Below are positions 36,165 through 36,325 of a DNA stretch of 36,325 nt, piece by piece. Each line of letters starts with the position of its first letter. The stretch's first letter is position 1. Source of the DNA: a virus (lineage: Duplodnaviria; Caudoviricetes); IMG/VR virus record IMGVR_UViG_3300016672_000052, positions 1-36,325 of that record, one strand, 5' to 3'. The notes beneath the pieces were generated by a model. That model made no database searches and was not told the origin of the DNA. It saw nothing but the letters and a program-made list of their open reading frames with translations. Position numbers and translations under genes: made by a program.

Positions 36165-36325
36165 ATGCTAGATAAACAGAGCTTTAGCCCAGCAGAATCA
36201 AGCCCCGCACTGTCTCGGCGCTTTAGCGTTGCACCCATGATGGATTGGACCGACCGCCACTGCCGGTTCTTCCTGCGCCTGCTCTCCAAACACGCCCTGC
36301 TCTACACCGAAATGGTCACCACCGG
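36165..36325 (+). CDS. dusA: tRNA-dihydrouridine synthase A, 5' part (continues beyond window); first 24 codons phage-supplied
   Basis: [36 protein letters not shown] is the DusA N-terminal signature. Exact start codon uncertain. Confidence 0.95.
   Translation, partial: MLDKQSFSPAESSPALSRRFSVAPMMDWTDRHCRFFLRLLSKHALLYTEMVTT
36237..36249 (+). repeat. attR core ATGATGGATTGGA
   Basis: Exact repeat of 640-652. Confidence 0.9.

Larger units (their letters stand above)
640..36249. mobile_element. P2-like (phiCTX-type) prophage integrated in dusA, apparently complete
   Basis: Full P2-order head, lysis and tail gene set, cos, switch region, replication gene and tyrosine integrase, bounded by 13-bp direct repeats. 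No frameshifts seen in core genes. Confidence 0.95.

Noticed and set aside
36062-36289. 76-aa N-terminal extension of the integrase ORF
   Set aside because: Runs across the arm sites, attR and antisense dusA, and would be broken on excision. MATIRAR at 36061 is the plausible start.

Overview
Nearly the whole window (640-36249, about 35.6 kb) is one apparently intact P2-like (phiCTX-type) prophage, probably in a Pseudomonas genome (inferred from gene families and codon style). It is integrated into the 5' end of dusA by a DusA-associated tyrosine integrase. A 13-bp att core (ATGATGGATTGGA) lies at both ends. A displaced dusA 5' stub sits on the left and a phage-supplied, recoded dusA start on the right. 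Gene order: attL, candidate replication origin, cos, LexA-controlled cargo (coiled-coil ORF + SRAP), Dam-like MTase, portal/terminase, head, lysis, tail, immunity switch, CII/Ogr, TOPRIM primase-helicase, small early ORFs, second MTase, PrtN-family gene, integrase, attR/dusA. The left flank holds the 3' part of a metallophosphoesterase. The structural modules are ordinary. The most interesting signals are non-coding or small: (i) three copies of a covarying CTGCAA-loop hairpin fused to a near-identical RBS in front of early ORFs; (ii) an SOS-boxed operon next to cos in a phage whose repressor lacks a RecA-cleavage domain; (iii) an unlisted 53-aa ORF resembling the repressor's own C-terminal domain; (iv) a structured RNA in the MTase leader; (v) an iteron-like GGTTAG/CTAACC array; (vi) a symmetric 4+4 repeat arm in the tail-fibre chaperone. 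All assignments come from reading motifs by eye. No database search was run, so novelty is not established for any finding.
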